NCBI GenBank assembly: GCA_002811645.1
Contig: PDIP01000001.1
Span: 1-64,000, forward strand
Direction: 5' to 3'
DNA length: 64,000 bases
Origin: Corallochytrium limacisporum Hawaii
Lineage: Eukaryota; Protista; Pluriformea
Shown here: positions 1-10,539 of the stretch, piece by piece
How the letters are laid out: each line of letters opens with the position of its first letter
Numbering within the stretch: position 1 is the stretch's first letter
The notes under the pieces: generated by a model
What the model was told of the DNA's origin: nothing
Databases searched by the model: none
The model's input: only the letters and a program-made list of their open reading frames with translations
Translations under genes and position numbers: made by a program

Positions 1-976
1 CCCCCCCCCAGCCCGCCCCGAGATCCTCTGGGTCACGGGCAAGAATTCTAAACTTAGACACTCCCGCCCGCAGGGGCACAGGGGTAAAAACTGATAAAAC
101 CGTCCCAACAAAAACACACCTGGGTGGGGGAGTCGCAATCCCGGGCCCCAGTGATGTATATACATATTGACTTGCCTCGCCCTTCCGCCGGGAGACCGAC
201 AAAACAATCAATAAAATTGGCTGAACTACGCGGGGCCTAATTTTCCCGCAGAGGCTTCCGACAAGCGATGGGAAACAAACTTTGTAATATGTGCCCAGTG
301 GGCCCTGTGAACACGCATATGTTCACAGCTAGCGGACAAGTGGCGCGTCAGATCACACCGGGTTGGTATCACTTTGTCCATCGCAATATCGCATCGGCAT
401 CAGCAGCACTAACATCGCATCGCTCCCTCCCCAGTACCCCAGCCTCTTGCTTCTCACTCCATGTGCAATTGTTTCCTTTTTGTATTCGTTTGCCATGGTC
501 TCGCTCTGGTCAGAACACTCCACGTCGGCGACTTGCCACACAGCGATGTAGGAGCGTTGTCCGCACAGAGGCCCCACATCGGGCAGTGTGTGCGAATGAT
601 GTGCTTTCTGAATTCGGAAAGTCCCAGAAGTTTTCATGGGGGGAATCGCTCTCACCAGTGTTCTTACGCATACGCGGAAGACTCTATGCAGTGCGTGCCG
701 AAGGCCGTCATACACGCAGATGGGACATTACGGGAGACCCCAGCTTTTTTGGTCCGTGACGAGGCGATCAGCTTTGGTTGCCGGTGTGTCTGATGTGCTC
801 TCTCGGGATTGCCAGGAAAAGGAGTGGGTTCAGGGTACCAGTGCACACGCACCGTAGACGACTGCGCCGACCCTGTGGCCACACCCAAGTACTGAATGTA
901 CCACACTGCCCGACTGTAAACAAAGCTCAGTCGCGCACTGACTGCTTCAGCTCCGTTTGCAAGAAAAGTTTTTTTT

Positions 977-1270
977 CCCCCCCCCCCCCCCTCCATTCCC
1001 TGCCTCTTTCGCCTTTTCTTTCTTTTCATTTCGCCGATTTTACTACCACACAACGGAGCTGCCAAGGTCACCACCAACCCCCCCCCTTCGGTGGTGGCCC
1101 ACCTCTCCGGTCCTTGTGGTGTGCGGGGCGTGGAGTGGCCGCGGGGAAGGGGGGAGGGAGTGGGGGGGACCGTGGGTAACACTGGCACTTTACGCTGGAC
1201 TGCCCGCTCACCCAGTCGCTCCGCTTTTGGGTCTGCTCCTGCTGCCGTTGGGGGAGGCGGTGGGGGACCA
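977..1270. promoter_or_regulatory. C-tract to G-tract switch upstream of IDH2, with G-quadruplex motif
   Basis: Poly-C run at 977-991 and C-run near 1080, then G4-AA-G6-A-G3-AGT-G7 at 1143-1168. Confidence 0.5.
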
Positions 1271-1639
1271 CGCAGTTGATCGAAAACCGTCCGAATGCGA
1301 AATTTGGGAGAAAGTGAGGAGATATGGTAGTACATTTAGTATGGATTCTTCATTTTGCATACAAGAGGCCCTCCTACCTGTCACCAAGCCAGTCGTTTAA
1401 TCATTTCTGGTGAGGAGTGGAAAATCGTGGTGCAGAATGATAGCGGCAGGATAGGTTGCGAGAAGCGGAGAACCGGGTTTTGGCCGGTGGTGTGGGGTTT
1501 TCAATTGGCAGGACTAGTTCTCGTGGCATGGAGGATCCAACAAAAGCACAAGGCGCTGGGTTCATGAGAGTCGTCGGACCTCCTGAGCGTCTGTTTTTAG
1601 AGTACAACGCGGGCAAAGAGCCGGAGGCGACAGCGCAAG

Positions 1640-1716
1640 GTACTTCATGTCGCCCATGCTAGAATTGATATAAGTTCAATTTGTTTATAGACGGATAGGA
1701 TCCCAAGTTTATTTAG
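1640..1716 (+). other. Predicted 5'-UTR intron of IDH2 (77 nt)
   Basis: AAG|GTACTT..TTTAG|, ending 24 nt before the ATG; contains upstream ATGs. Alternative acceptor at 1690. Confidence 0.6.
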
Positions 1717-1740
1717 AAACGGACAAAGCCCTAAATCAAA

Positions 1741-3081
1741 ATGTCTGCTATCCTGCGCACCCAATTCCGGTCTGTAGCCCGTGTGGCTCAGCGCCAGTCT
1801 GTCCCCAAGGCAGGTGTCGCCAGCCTAGGCTTTACTCAGATGCGCCACATGAGCGACTTCAAGAAGATCAAGGTTGAGAATCCGGTCGTCGAGCTGGACG
1901 GTGACGAAATGACTCGTATTATTTGGCAATGGATCAAGGATAAGCTCATCTTTCCCTACCTCGACCTGCCTATTGAATACTACGATCTGGGACTTCCCAA
2001 GCGTGACGAAACCGATGACAAGATCACCATTGAGGCTGCTGAGGCCATCAAGCACTACAACGTCGGTATCAAGTGCGCCACCATTACTCCTGACGAGGGT
2101 CGCGTCACTGAGTACGGTCTGAAGAAGATGTGGAAGTCTCCCAACGGTACCATCCGTAACATTCTCGGCGGTACTGTGTTCCGTGAGCCCATCATCATCA
2201 ACTCCGTCCCTCGCCTGGTGCCTGGATGGACCCAGCCTATTGTCATTGGCCGTCACGCACACGGCGACCAGTACAAGTGTCAGGACTTTGTGGCCCCTGG
2301 CCCGGGTTCTCTTGAACTTGTCTACACCCCCGAGGGCGGAGAACCTCAGCGCATGCATGTCTATGACTACAAGGGAGCCGGTGTCGGTATGGCCATGTAC
2401 AATACCGAGGAGTCCATCCGCGGCTTTGCTCACTCTTGCTTCCAGTTTGCCTTTGCCAAGAAATGGCCTCTGTACATGAGCACCAAGAACACTATCATGA
2501 AGGCCTACGATGGTCGTTTCCGTGATATCTTCCAGGACATTTATGAAGCCGAATACCGGGATGATTTCGAAGCCAACAAGATCTGGTACGAGCACCGTCT
2601 GATCGATGATATGGTCGCCTACGCCATCAAGTCCAGCGGTGGATTTGTTTGGGCATGCAAGAACTACGACGGTGATGTTCAGTCCGATATTGTTGCTCAG
2701 GGTTACGGTTCTCTTGGTCTGATGACCTCTGTGCTGGTGTGTCCTGACGGCAAGACGATTGAGTCCGAAGCCGCACACGGAACCGTCACCCGTCACTACC
2801 GGGAGCACCAAAAGGGCAACCCCACCTCCACCAACTCCATCGCCTCTATCTTCGCCTGGACTCGTGGTTTGGCCCACCGTGGTAAGCTTGACAACAACCA
2901 GCCCCTGATTGACTTCGCCAACAAGCTGGAGGCTGCATGCATTGACACTGTCAACGCGGGATTCATGACGAAGGATCTGGCTGCCTGCATCTATGGCTTG
3001 GCCAATGTCCGCCCCGACCAGTACGTCAACACTGAGCCATTCTTGGATGAGGTGAAGAAGTCTCTGGACAAGGCTCTGTAA
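1741..3081 (+). CDS. IDH2: NADP-dependent isocitrate dehydrogenase, mitochondrial
   Basis: 446 aa ORF with [55 protein letters not shown] and [10 protein letters not shown]. Arg-rich, acid-free N-terminal presequence. Confidence 0.97.
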   Translation: MSAILRTQFRSVARVAQRQSVPKAGVASLGFTQMRHMSDFKKIKVENPVVELDGDEMTRIIWQWIKDKLIFPYLDLPIEYYDLGLPKRDETDDKITIEAAEAIKHYNVGIKCATITPDEGRVTEYGLKKMWKSPNGTIRNILGGTVFREPIIINSVPRLVPGWTQPIVIGRHAHGDQYKCQDFVAPGPGSLELVYTPEGGEPQRMHVYDYKGAGVGMAMYNTEESIRGFAHSCFQFAFAKKWPLYMSTKNTIMKAYDGRFRDIFQDIYEAEYRDDFEANKIWYEHRLIDDMVAYAIKSSGGFVWACKNYDGDVQSDIVAQGYGSLGLMTSVLVCPDGKTIESEAAHGTVTRHYREHQKGNPTSTNSIASIFAWTRGLAHRGKLDNNQPLIDFANKLEAACIDTVNAGFMTKDLAACIYGLANVRPDQYVNTEPFLDEVKKSLDKAL

Positions 3082-3359
3082 ATTCGCTTTCAATTTTGAA
3101 TTCCATGACGCCATGACGTTCGTAAAGACCAAGACATTTCTTGAAGACATCATCTGCCAAATTCAAGGTCCTTTTCTGCAATAAACATAGTACTTACATG
3201 TAAAAACACCCCCGAAATGGATACAAACGGGCATTGCACAACAATGATGACGATGTTCTAATTCAAATGTCCTAAGGTTTAAAGATGCGGTGTCTTCAAC
3301 TGTTCGTATGTTCGAAATATAGAAAAATAGTTTTTTGATACATGCAGAATGCAATCCTC

Positions 3360-6221
3360 CTACTGAATGAGGTCATCGTCTGATCCATCCGAGTCGAAAC
3401 CGAGCGGTGGGACATCGCCTCCCTTTGTGTTCTTGGTTCCATTGCTACTGCCATTGTCCCGCATTCCGAAGCGCCCGGTATTGAAACCATTGGCAGTGGA
3501 CCCGGACCCAAGCACACCCGTGGGATCCAGAGCAGTCATGTTGCCGTCGGCACCGCCACGGCTGGGATTGCTAAAGCTCAGAGCATCCGGCAGTTCGCCG
3601 TCGTCCAGAAGCTCATCGTCCGAGAGGTCATCGAAGCCGCCTTCATAGTCCTCCGCATTGGTCGACAGTGGCTGATAATTGTAGCCACGGAAACGTTCGC
3701 CGACACTGGTTGCCATACCGGCCAAGGAGTTAAAGCCCGGCAGTCCGCGTAGGCGAGGGTTGTTGCGGAGCACATACAGAGCAACGGCAACCGCCACTAC
3801 AGAGACAATGACGAGGAACAATCCCAGGAAGACGCTACCCAGCACGCTGTGGTGGCTACCACCAGATCCTCCGGAGTCGCTCGTCCCTGTGTTTGTGGAT
3901 GTAGAGGTGCTGGACTGAGACTTGGTGGGAGTCGTTGTGGAGGTGGGATGTTTAACGTCCGGACAAGGGAACTGCTCCTTCTTGGTAATCTCGGTAAGTA
4001 CGCCATCCTTACATTTGTCACCAGGCACCTGGCGGTAGGGAGATGTGGTCCACTTGGTCGCGTCCTCCTTGCATTCTTGTTGGGCAGTGGCATTGAAATC
4101 AGGCCACGGTTCACAACCTTTGTCCGTCTCCATGAAACCGAAATTGCACTCAAAATCCTCCTTTTCACACTTGCATTGGTCGTGGGCGGTGCCACGTTTG
4201 AATTCTTTGCCGTTGTAGCATATAACGTCCTGTTTCCTGCGCTGCCATTTAAACTTCTGGCCCAGAACGCAATCGATGTGTTCATTGTCATCAGATGGAG
4301 TCCAGGTCTCGTAGTCAGCGTCTTCACATGCCTTCAACTTCAGCCCCTTGAAGTCAGCCTGCACAATTACCCACTCCTTGCTCTGGGAGTCAAAACCCCA
4401 CAGGGAGATCACCTGGGTGGTACCACCGGGCTCTGTGTAGACACCGACCAGGGAAATACCGTGTGCATTTGTAGTAAACTTGAAGGGAACCCATTCCGCG
4501 CCCTCATTAAGGCTGTAAATGGCTTCTACTGTGGCCGTATTGTTGTGTTTCACAGCCAGGAGGATAGCGCCACTGTCGGCCATAGTGTATACGTGAGGAC
4601 CCTTGAGAATTTCATTCCAGTTAAGACCACCATCACGGCTAAGGAACACATCCGTCTCCTCGGTCAAGCCTTCTGCAACGTTGCCATGAGCAAGTACCAA
4701 ACCCAGTGCCTCTTCAGGGGCTAGTATATTGGGAATGTGTAGATCCTGAGCCGAGTAATCACCATGCAGGTTCAAAGAACACCCTTCGCCGCAATCGTAC
4801 GGCTTCTTCTCAGCATCGTTTTGTGGAGGAACGAGTGGGTGCCATTCACCACCCTTGTCATAGGTCGCAACAGTGCGCATGCGCCCTGAGTCGTCGACTT
4901 GAGTTGCCATGTAGAATCCAGGGACAGAGTCCACACGAACGAGATCCGGAGGCTGGCCACGAGTGCTAGAATCCAGTTCGTGATCCAGCGCCAGATCGTA
5001 CCAGATACCAGATGCGTCGCTCAAGTACAGATTGCCCCAAGCAACATCTCGCTCCTTCTCGTGCAAAACTAGCACAAAAACAGACCCCTCACTTGCATCA
5101 ACGATCATATAACCAAATTCATCAAGATTGGCCGGAAACTGTGCCCGATTGAAGGTCACCCCACCGTTTTCACTCACGTAAAGATGACGGGCGTCGTCGA
5201 CAGTGCGGGGATCGTGATGTAAGAAGATAAACGTGTCCCAGATAGTCATATGATATGCACCGTCCATGACCGAATGCTTTTCGTCCCATAGATGCGATGT
5301 CTTCCATAGAGTTCCCATGGTCTCGCTCTCATTGGGCGCTATAGCGTACGCAGCCAATTCCGCAGAGGGATCCGTTTTATTGGTCCCCCATCCGAATGCG
5401 GTTACATGGTCGAAAATGGCACCTCCATACTTGCGACCGCCATCTTGACTCAAGTGCAGACTTTGCTTGGACTTGTCCACGCCTTCCGCAGCCATGATGT
5501 ATTCGGGTTTCGTTTCGTGGAAACGCACCTCATTGATGACAATTTTTGCGTGCACCTGGTCGTAACTTTCACCGCCGTCTTCGCTTACCCAAACACCGTC
5601 CTTAGCATCAAAAAAGATGAGATAGTCAGGATCCAAAGGATGCTTAATAAAGTCCACCAAAGGAGGATCTCCCTCCTTCACCAGGGACGCGGTGATGTCC
5701 TCGAAATTCTTTCCATAGTCCGTAGATCGATATAGCTTGCTCTTCATGGACTTGTTCATAAAAGTAGCATCTACGGACAGAACCATCAATACCTTACTCT
5801 CCTTGCCAACCCATTCAAGCTTAACCATAGCTGAGGTGTCGTCGTGGAAAACGTACTCGTTCAGATCAGGTTTGGGGGCCTTGTCGGTATCCTTAACTTC
5901 TTCAGCCCCCTCGTCGTTGTTGAAAATATCTCCACCCAATTTCCACTCATCGGGCTTGGTCGTTTGCCTCCGCTCGCGTTTCTCGACGTCGCCCACAGCC
6001 TCGATGTGTTCAAGTACATGACGACGAATCCATCCCTTCTTGCCATGGGTAACATCTTCATGGTGAGCACGCATAACTTTGTGATGGAGATGGGTGCCAG
6101 CTTCCTCAACATGCTTTATGAATTGATTGTATTCAACACGTAAAGGTGCTGCCAGTGCGGTGGCAACTAATGCCACCAACACCGCCAGCACGGCCAATGA
6201 AATTCTGCGGGAGAATTTCAT
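3360..6221 (-). CDS. SORT1: Sortilin/VPS10-domain sorting receptor
   Basis: Signal peptide and furin-like KRERR site. Asp-box repeats (YRSTDYGKNF, SEDGGESY, SQDGGRKY, SENGGVTF, TYDKGGEW, SRDGGLNW) and a Cys-rich 10CC region. One TM helix; tail has YQPL and an acidic C-terminal DSDGSDDDLIQ (GGA-type signal). Confidence 0.92.
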   Translation of the reverse strand: MKFSRRISLAVLAVLVALVATALAAPLRVEYNQFIKHVEEAGTHLHHKVMRAHHEDVTHGKKGWIRRHVLEHIEAVGDVEKRERRQTTKPDEWKLGGDIFNNDEGAEEVKDTDKAPKPDLNEYVFHDDTSAMVKLEWVGKESKVLMVLSVDATFMNKSMKSKLYRSTDYGKNFEDITASLVKEGDPPLVDFIKHPLDPDYLIFFDAKDGVWVSEDGGESYDQVHAKIVINEVRFHETKPEYIMAAEGVDKSKQSLHLSQDGGRKYGGAIFDHVTAFGWGTNKTDPSAELAAYAIAPNESETMGTLWKTSHLWDEKHSVMDGAYHMTIWDTFIFLHHDPRTVDDARHLYVSENGGVTFNRAQFPANLDEFGYMIVDASEGSVFVLVLHEKERDVAWGNLYLSDASGIWYDLALDHELDSSTRGQPPDLVRVDSVPGFYMATQVDDSGRMRTVATYDKGGEWHPLVPPQNDAEKKPYDCGEGCSLNLHGDYSAQDLHIPNILAPEEALGLVLAHGNVAEGLTEETDVFLSRDGGLNWNEILKGPHVYTMADSGAILLAVKHNNTATVEAIYSLNEGAEWVPFKFTTNAHGISLVGVYTEPGGTTQVISLWGFDSQSKEWVIVQADFKGLKLKACEDADYETWTPSDDNEHIDCVLGQKFKWQRRKQDVICYNGKEFKRGTAHDQCKCEKEDFECNFGFMETDKGCEPWPDFNATAQQECKEDATKWTTSPYRQVPGDKCKDGVLTEITKKEQFPCPDVKHPTSTTTPTKSQSSTSTSTNTGTSDSGGSGGSHHSVLGSVFLGLFLVIVSVVAVAVALYVLRNNPRLRGLPGFNSLAGMATSVGERFRGYNYQPLSTNAEDYEGGFDDLSDDELLDDGELPDALSFSNPSRGGADGNMTALDPTGVLGSGSTANGFNTGRFGMRDNGSSNGTKNTKGGDVPPLGFDSDGSDDDLIQ

Positions 6222-6255
6222 TCTTCAGATGCGTTCAGATTCTGCCGCAGAACGA

Positions 6256-6334
6256 CTGAAACTAGAAACCGTCGCTGTTCTGTAATTCGCGCCATGATCC
6301 TATATAGGTTGGTCAAGTCATATCGCACAAGTAC
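6256..6334 (-). other. Predicted 5'-UTR intron of sortilin (79 nt)
   Basis: GTG|GTACTT..TTTCAG|, ending 34 nt before the ATG. Confidence 0.55.
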
Positions 6335-6856
6335 CACTGAGAACAATAGATGGCGAAAAGTCACTACCATGGAAGTCGATGACACCAACACGTTCGGGCA
6401 AGCGCCTAGAAAGCAAAAACAGCCCACGCATAGGAACCGCAATAAGCTGCTGCTCTCAGTCTCATATCCAAGTCCGGCGTACTCTGACTACCAAATGTCC
6501 GAACGTCTCTCTGCCTCACTCCCCTCTGACCCCTCCCTCCTCCGGGGCAGAAAGAACCCAAAAACCCCAACGGCACCAACAGAGCAAAAGGGCCAGAGGG
6601 GCAGCAGGGGCGGATTCGTTCCCACTCTCTCTTCCCGGGCCCAGAGGAATGTCACAACAGCCGAACAAAGCGGTGGTGCGAAGGTGGGGGGAGCTGAGGG
6701 TGAGAGAAAGAAAAAAGGAAATGAGGAGAAGGGAGGGGAGGAGGGGGGGGCGCCACGGAACCGTGTAAAGGGGTGCGGGGTCTCACCGCCGAAACCGAAG
6801 TTATGCCACTTTATCTGATCTCGTCTCTATCCGCTCTCACCGTCTCTCAACCAAAC

Positions 6857-6860
<4 letters not shown>

Positions 6861-6906
<46 letters not shown>

Positions 6907-6999
6907 CGCTCTGCCCAANNNNNNNNNNNNNNNNNNNNNNNNNNNNNNNNNNNNNNNNNNNNNNNNNNNNNNNNNNNNNNNNNNNNNNNNNNNNNNNNN

Positions 7000-7044
<45 letters not shown>
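6861..7044. repeat. (CT)n microsatellite flanking an assembly gap
   Basis: CT repeats at 6861-6903 and 7000-7044, both followed by gctcgctctgcccaa; gap at 6919-6999. Confidence 0.9.
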
Positions 7045-7047
<3 letters not shown>

Positions 7048-7451
7048 CGCTCTGCCCAAAAAGAAAAAAGGCAAACCAACCCCGTCCTCTCTTGCTTTAG
7101 TCATGTATTTGATTTGCCCGACACTTTATGTGTTTCAAAAGGGGGAAACCGGGTGCCCTCTCGGGACTCGATCGACCGGGCAGAAGAAGGCCCTTTTCTT
7201 TTGGCCAAATACTCCCTCTGGGGCCAAAGAAAAATATCGGTTGCGGGGAGGCTTCGGGTTCTCGAACAAAGAAGGGGGAAAGCTGGAGAGAGGGGGTTTA
7301 ACCTCACACTGTGGAGTTGGGCTTTAGTGCGTCGAGTCCGTGCCCCTCCTTGAGCGGCTACGTCCCCATGGACAAATTGGCAAAGACATAAGTCCTTGCC
7401 CTGAAATCGAGTGAGGAGTAATTCTTTTTTTGGTTGGTTTTGTATTGGTCC

Positions 7452-7453
<2 letters not shown>

Positions 7454-7485
<32 letters not shown>
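7454..7485. repeat. (GT)16 microsatellite
   Basis: Read directly from the sequence. Confidence 0.95.
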
Positions 7486-7488
<3 letters not shown>

Positions 7489-7659
7489 TCGCTGATTAGT
7501 TTTTTTTTCGTCGTCACTCCCGTCCCTCCCATCTCCGTGCTTGTCCTGTAGCGACGTTTGTTCTCATCACCTACCCACCGCAGCGGAGTCAACGGCCCGG
7601 GGAAAGGGGAGGGTTATTGCCTATGAGAAAATCTCAGAATGCATCTCAGTCCCACCGCG

Positions 7660-7684
7660 CACACACACACACACACACACACAC
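7660..7684. repeat. (CA)12 microsatellite, inverted relative to the (GT)16
   Basis: Read directly from the sequence. Confidence 0.95.
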
Positions 7685-8463
7685 CACACAAAAGCGGCCG
7701 GAAACTCCGAAAGCACAGCTTAGCTTCCCGCTCGCTCTGTGTGTCTCTCTGTGTGCGTGTACGCCCGGGTCTCTTGCGCAGAAGCAGAACGCAGCGATGC
7801 CAACGTTCTCGTGGAGACCAGGCCGGGGTGGTTAAATAACGCTTCGGTCTTCGGCCCTGATGGCGGAAAACTTCAATTTTATGCCCTACCACTTTTTTTT
7901 TGCCTACAGTTTTCTTACTGGAGCTACGCCAGAGGCCGGACAGGTGCCGGACCAGCAATGGGACAGGAGCAAAGACGATTTTCCGTTGGCTCTTCTTACA
8001 TAGTGAATGTACTGGCAGCAGGCTTCTCTGGGAGGGTTTTGGGGAACCTCAGAAAAGGCCTCCAAAACTGACGAAATGGTGACCCTTTCTGGGCCCATGT
8101 ACCTGACCCATACTCTCTGTATGGCGGAAGACGGGGGTACTACTGGGGAGACAGGAGTCGACCAAAAGTGATTGATTCATCACTCCTCCCTCCACCTTTT
8201 TCCGTGTGCCTGCCCCACCGTGTTCGTCCCGCTGGTGGGTGCAAAGTGTTCGTGGCCGTCATTGATTGGGTATGCTGGGAAAGACTGACACATCATTTCC
8301 ATCTGCGTCGACAGCGATCACGGAGCATTCTGACGTCCCCAACTCTTCAGGGACCATCCAGCAATCGCTGGCGAGGTACAGGCCCCCGAGATGAGCCAAG
8401 CAATGAACGGGTTATCCGATTACCTTTCCTATGGTTATGATATGTAGCTGATGATGTGTATTT

Positions 8464-10539
8464 CTAGTGTCCATTCCGCTGGAGCCAGCGTTCCCGAGCA
8501 GCGCGCAGAGCAGCATCTTTGCGAGAGTTCAGGCTTTCCTCCCGTTCTTGGCTCGATTCGCCGTAGGATGCGTTGTTCGCGGAGCCATTGTTTCCATTGC
8601 TTCGGTTCGAGGCGGCCTCTCCTGCAGCGTCCTCTGTGAGGACAGAGTCCGTCTGTGACGGGCGCGACCGCAGACGAAGCGACCTGCGCAAGCCAGCCAC
8701 TTTGGTCATGAATCCACCAAAGGGAATAAGATCCTCGCGTGTAGTTCGTCTGCGCTGAGCTGCTCCCGTGATGAAAGCTTCGCGTCCTTCTGCTGTGGTC
8801 AGCATGGCGGGAACACTGTGCGATTCTGTCATGTTGGAATTGTACACGACTGGTGTGCTTCGACCGTGATTGCTCGGTGCTTCACTCTGACTCTCCACAT
8901 AGGCGCCTCCATCCACATGCTCTGTGCCACTCGATGCTGCATTGTTTGCATCGTTGAGGTCCTCATTCTCTAGAATGTACTCAACTGCAGCCATGGACGA
9001 TCCACACTGTTCGAGGATGCTCTGCAGCGTCGGTCTTGGCACATTGGGGAACATCTGCTGGAGGTGGTTGACCTCGTTTTCCTGCATGGACCGTGCGCGC
9101 GTCTCACGGCGAGTCTCTGTAGAAATGGGAAACCATCGGCGGAGATTGTAGCGCTCACGACCTGCTCTAGGACTCTCACCTTCCTGATTACCAGCTCCGG
9201 CTCGAGCGGGGCTTGCCGACTCGCTTCCATCGCTATCGTTGCCATCAGCGCGCGCAGGTGCCCCAATCGGCGCCCCGATGGGCCCTCTTGTAGCCTGTTG
9301 CTGCGCCTGCTGGTGTTCTTCGTCCACCAAATTGTGACGACAAGTTGGACAGATACTTACGTGCTCCAGCCAGGACCGCAGACAAGAAGAGTGAAACATA
9401 TGGCCGCAGGGCAATTTCTTAGCACTCTGCATGTTGTCTCGGCAGATGGCACAGCTATCGTCATATTTCGCAAGTTCATCCGTACCGGCATCCGGAAACT
9501 TGGTCTCAAGATTCCGAACGGCTTGCAAGTAGTTCTTGTGCGCTGTGAAGCGCTGACTGAGTTGATTGTAGATTACTCGCAGGTGGAAGAACAGCACCAT
9601 ATCAATGAGCGTGTACGAGAAATTGTGCAAGATCAAAATGTGCATGTAGTGCAGCAACGTCATTACATGGGCACAAACATCTGCCACGAAATCCGTATAG
9701 TACAAAATGATTCCTTTGCTCTCCCAAATACCATCCACACGCAAATCGTACAAATGGATGCCATACTTGATCAATGTTTGGGTTGTGTCGGCAGCAATGG
9801 TTACCGCCTCAAAAATGAGGAGGAGGAACATGTTAATCGCCTCCCCGACATATCCTTCTTCCACACTAATGTACTGAATGGCGCCCGCAAGGCATGCCAT
9901 GTCAATGGCCATGATGCTGCCCAACAAGAAGAGAATCTTGGCATGTTTCTCTACTGTGGTGGAGGGCGAGAAACTTAAGTACTCAAACCGGTCCCTACCC
10001 ATCATGGCGAGTACGCGCAATAATCCCATGAACCCTAGCCATGAAAACCATACGAAAATTTCCCGAAGGTCTGGGGAGAGCACAGCAAACATGAACATGC
10101 TCTTAACCAAGCAGTAATTGATCAGTCGTTCATAAAGTAACTGTTTCTCCATTGTCCGCAAAGCCCCGAACACCATGAGTTGAACAACTTTTCCGGTGAA
10201 CAAAAATGCACAAAATACGGCATTGAAGAGGACCATCAAGGGAAGAGAATTTTCAAACATATGCATGACAACTCGTTTACCCCTGAGCCATGAGACTTCA
10301 TCAGGTGATCCCTCGATATCGTCGTAATTAAGTTCATAACTTGCATGTGAAATTGTCGCCATGAAAAGGGACAATGAGGCAATGACATAGCTAAAAATGG
10401 AGAAATTTGTAAGTGTAGGAAACTCCACTTGTTCTCCGGCTGCCCTTTGGCCACGCATGCGCATGCGCCATGCCCGTCGCTGGCGACGCTCCATCCGGTT
10501 CGGAGATTCTGAGCGGTCAGGCTCAAAGTCAACATCCAT
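8464..10539 (-). CDS. AMFR: ERAD E3 ubiquitin ligase, gp78/AMFR-like
   Basis: Multi-TM N-terminus, RING-H2 CAICRDNM..LPCGHMFH..CLRSWL..CPTCR, CUE domain (LQQMFPNVPR..) and G2BR-like C-terminus (EREESLNSRKDAALRAARERWL). First ATG is at 10539 (acaATG); the ORF-track start at 10596 is a TTG. Confidence 0.9.
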   Translation of the reverse strand: MDVDFEPDRSESPNRMERRQRRAWRMRMRGQRAAGEQVEFPTLTNFSIFSYVIASLSLFMATISHASYELNYDDIEGSPDEVSWLRGKRVVMHMFENSLPLMVLFNAVFCAFLFTGKVVQLMVFGALRTMEKQLLYERLINYCLVKSMFMFAVLSPDLREIFVWFSWLGFMGLLRVLAMMGRDRFEYLSFSPSTTVEKHAKILFLLGSIMAIDMACLAGAIQYISVEEGYVGEAINMFLLLIFEAVTIAADTTQTLIKYGIHLYDLRVDGIWESKGIILYYTDFVADVCAHVMTLLHYMHILILHNFSYTLIDMVLFFHLRVIYNQLSQRFTAHKNYLQAVRNLETKFPDAGTDELAKYDDSCAICRDNMQSAKKLPCGHMFHSSCLRSWLEHVSICPTCRHNLVDEEHQQAQQQATRGPIGAPIGAPARADGNDSDGSESASPARAGAGNQEGESPRAGRERYNLRRWFPISTETRRETRARSMQENEVNHLQQMFPNVPRPTLQSILEQCGSSMAAVEYILENEDLNDANNAASSGTEHVDGGAYVESQSEAPSNHGRSTPVVYNSNMTESHSVPAMLTTAEGREAFITGAAQRRRTTREDLIPFGGFMTKVAGLRRSLRLRSRPSQTDSVLTEDAAGEAASNRSNGNNGSANNASYGESSQEREESLNSRKDAALRAARERWLQRNGH

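Noticed and set aside
1825-3153. 442-aa antisense ORF over IDH2 (likewise 25459-26115 over transaldolase, 9064-9978, 3849-4724 and 58423-60510)
   Set aside because: Shadow frames caused by codon bias of the real genes; no protein motifs.
6861-7058. Duplicated (CT)n-gctcgctctgcccaa on both sides of the gap
   Set aside because: Most simply an unmerged overlap at a microsatellite.
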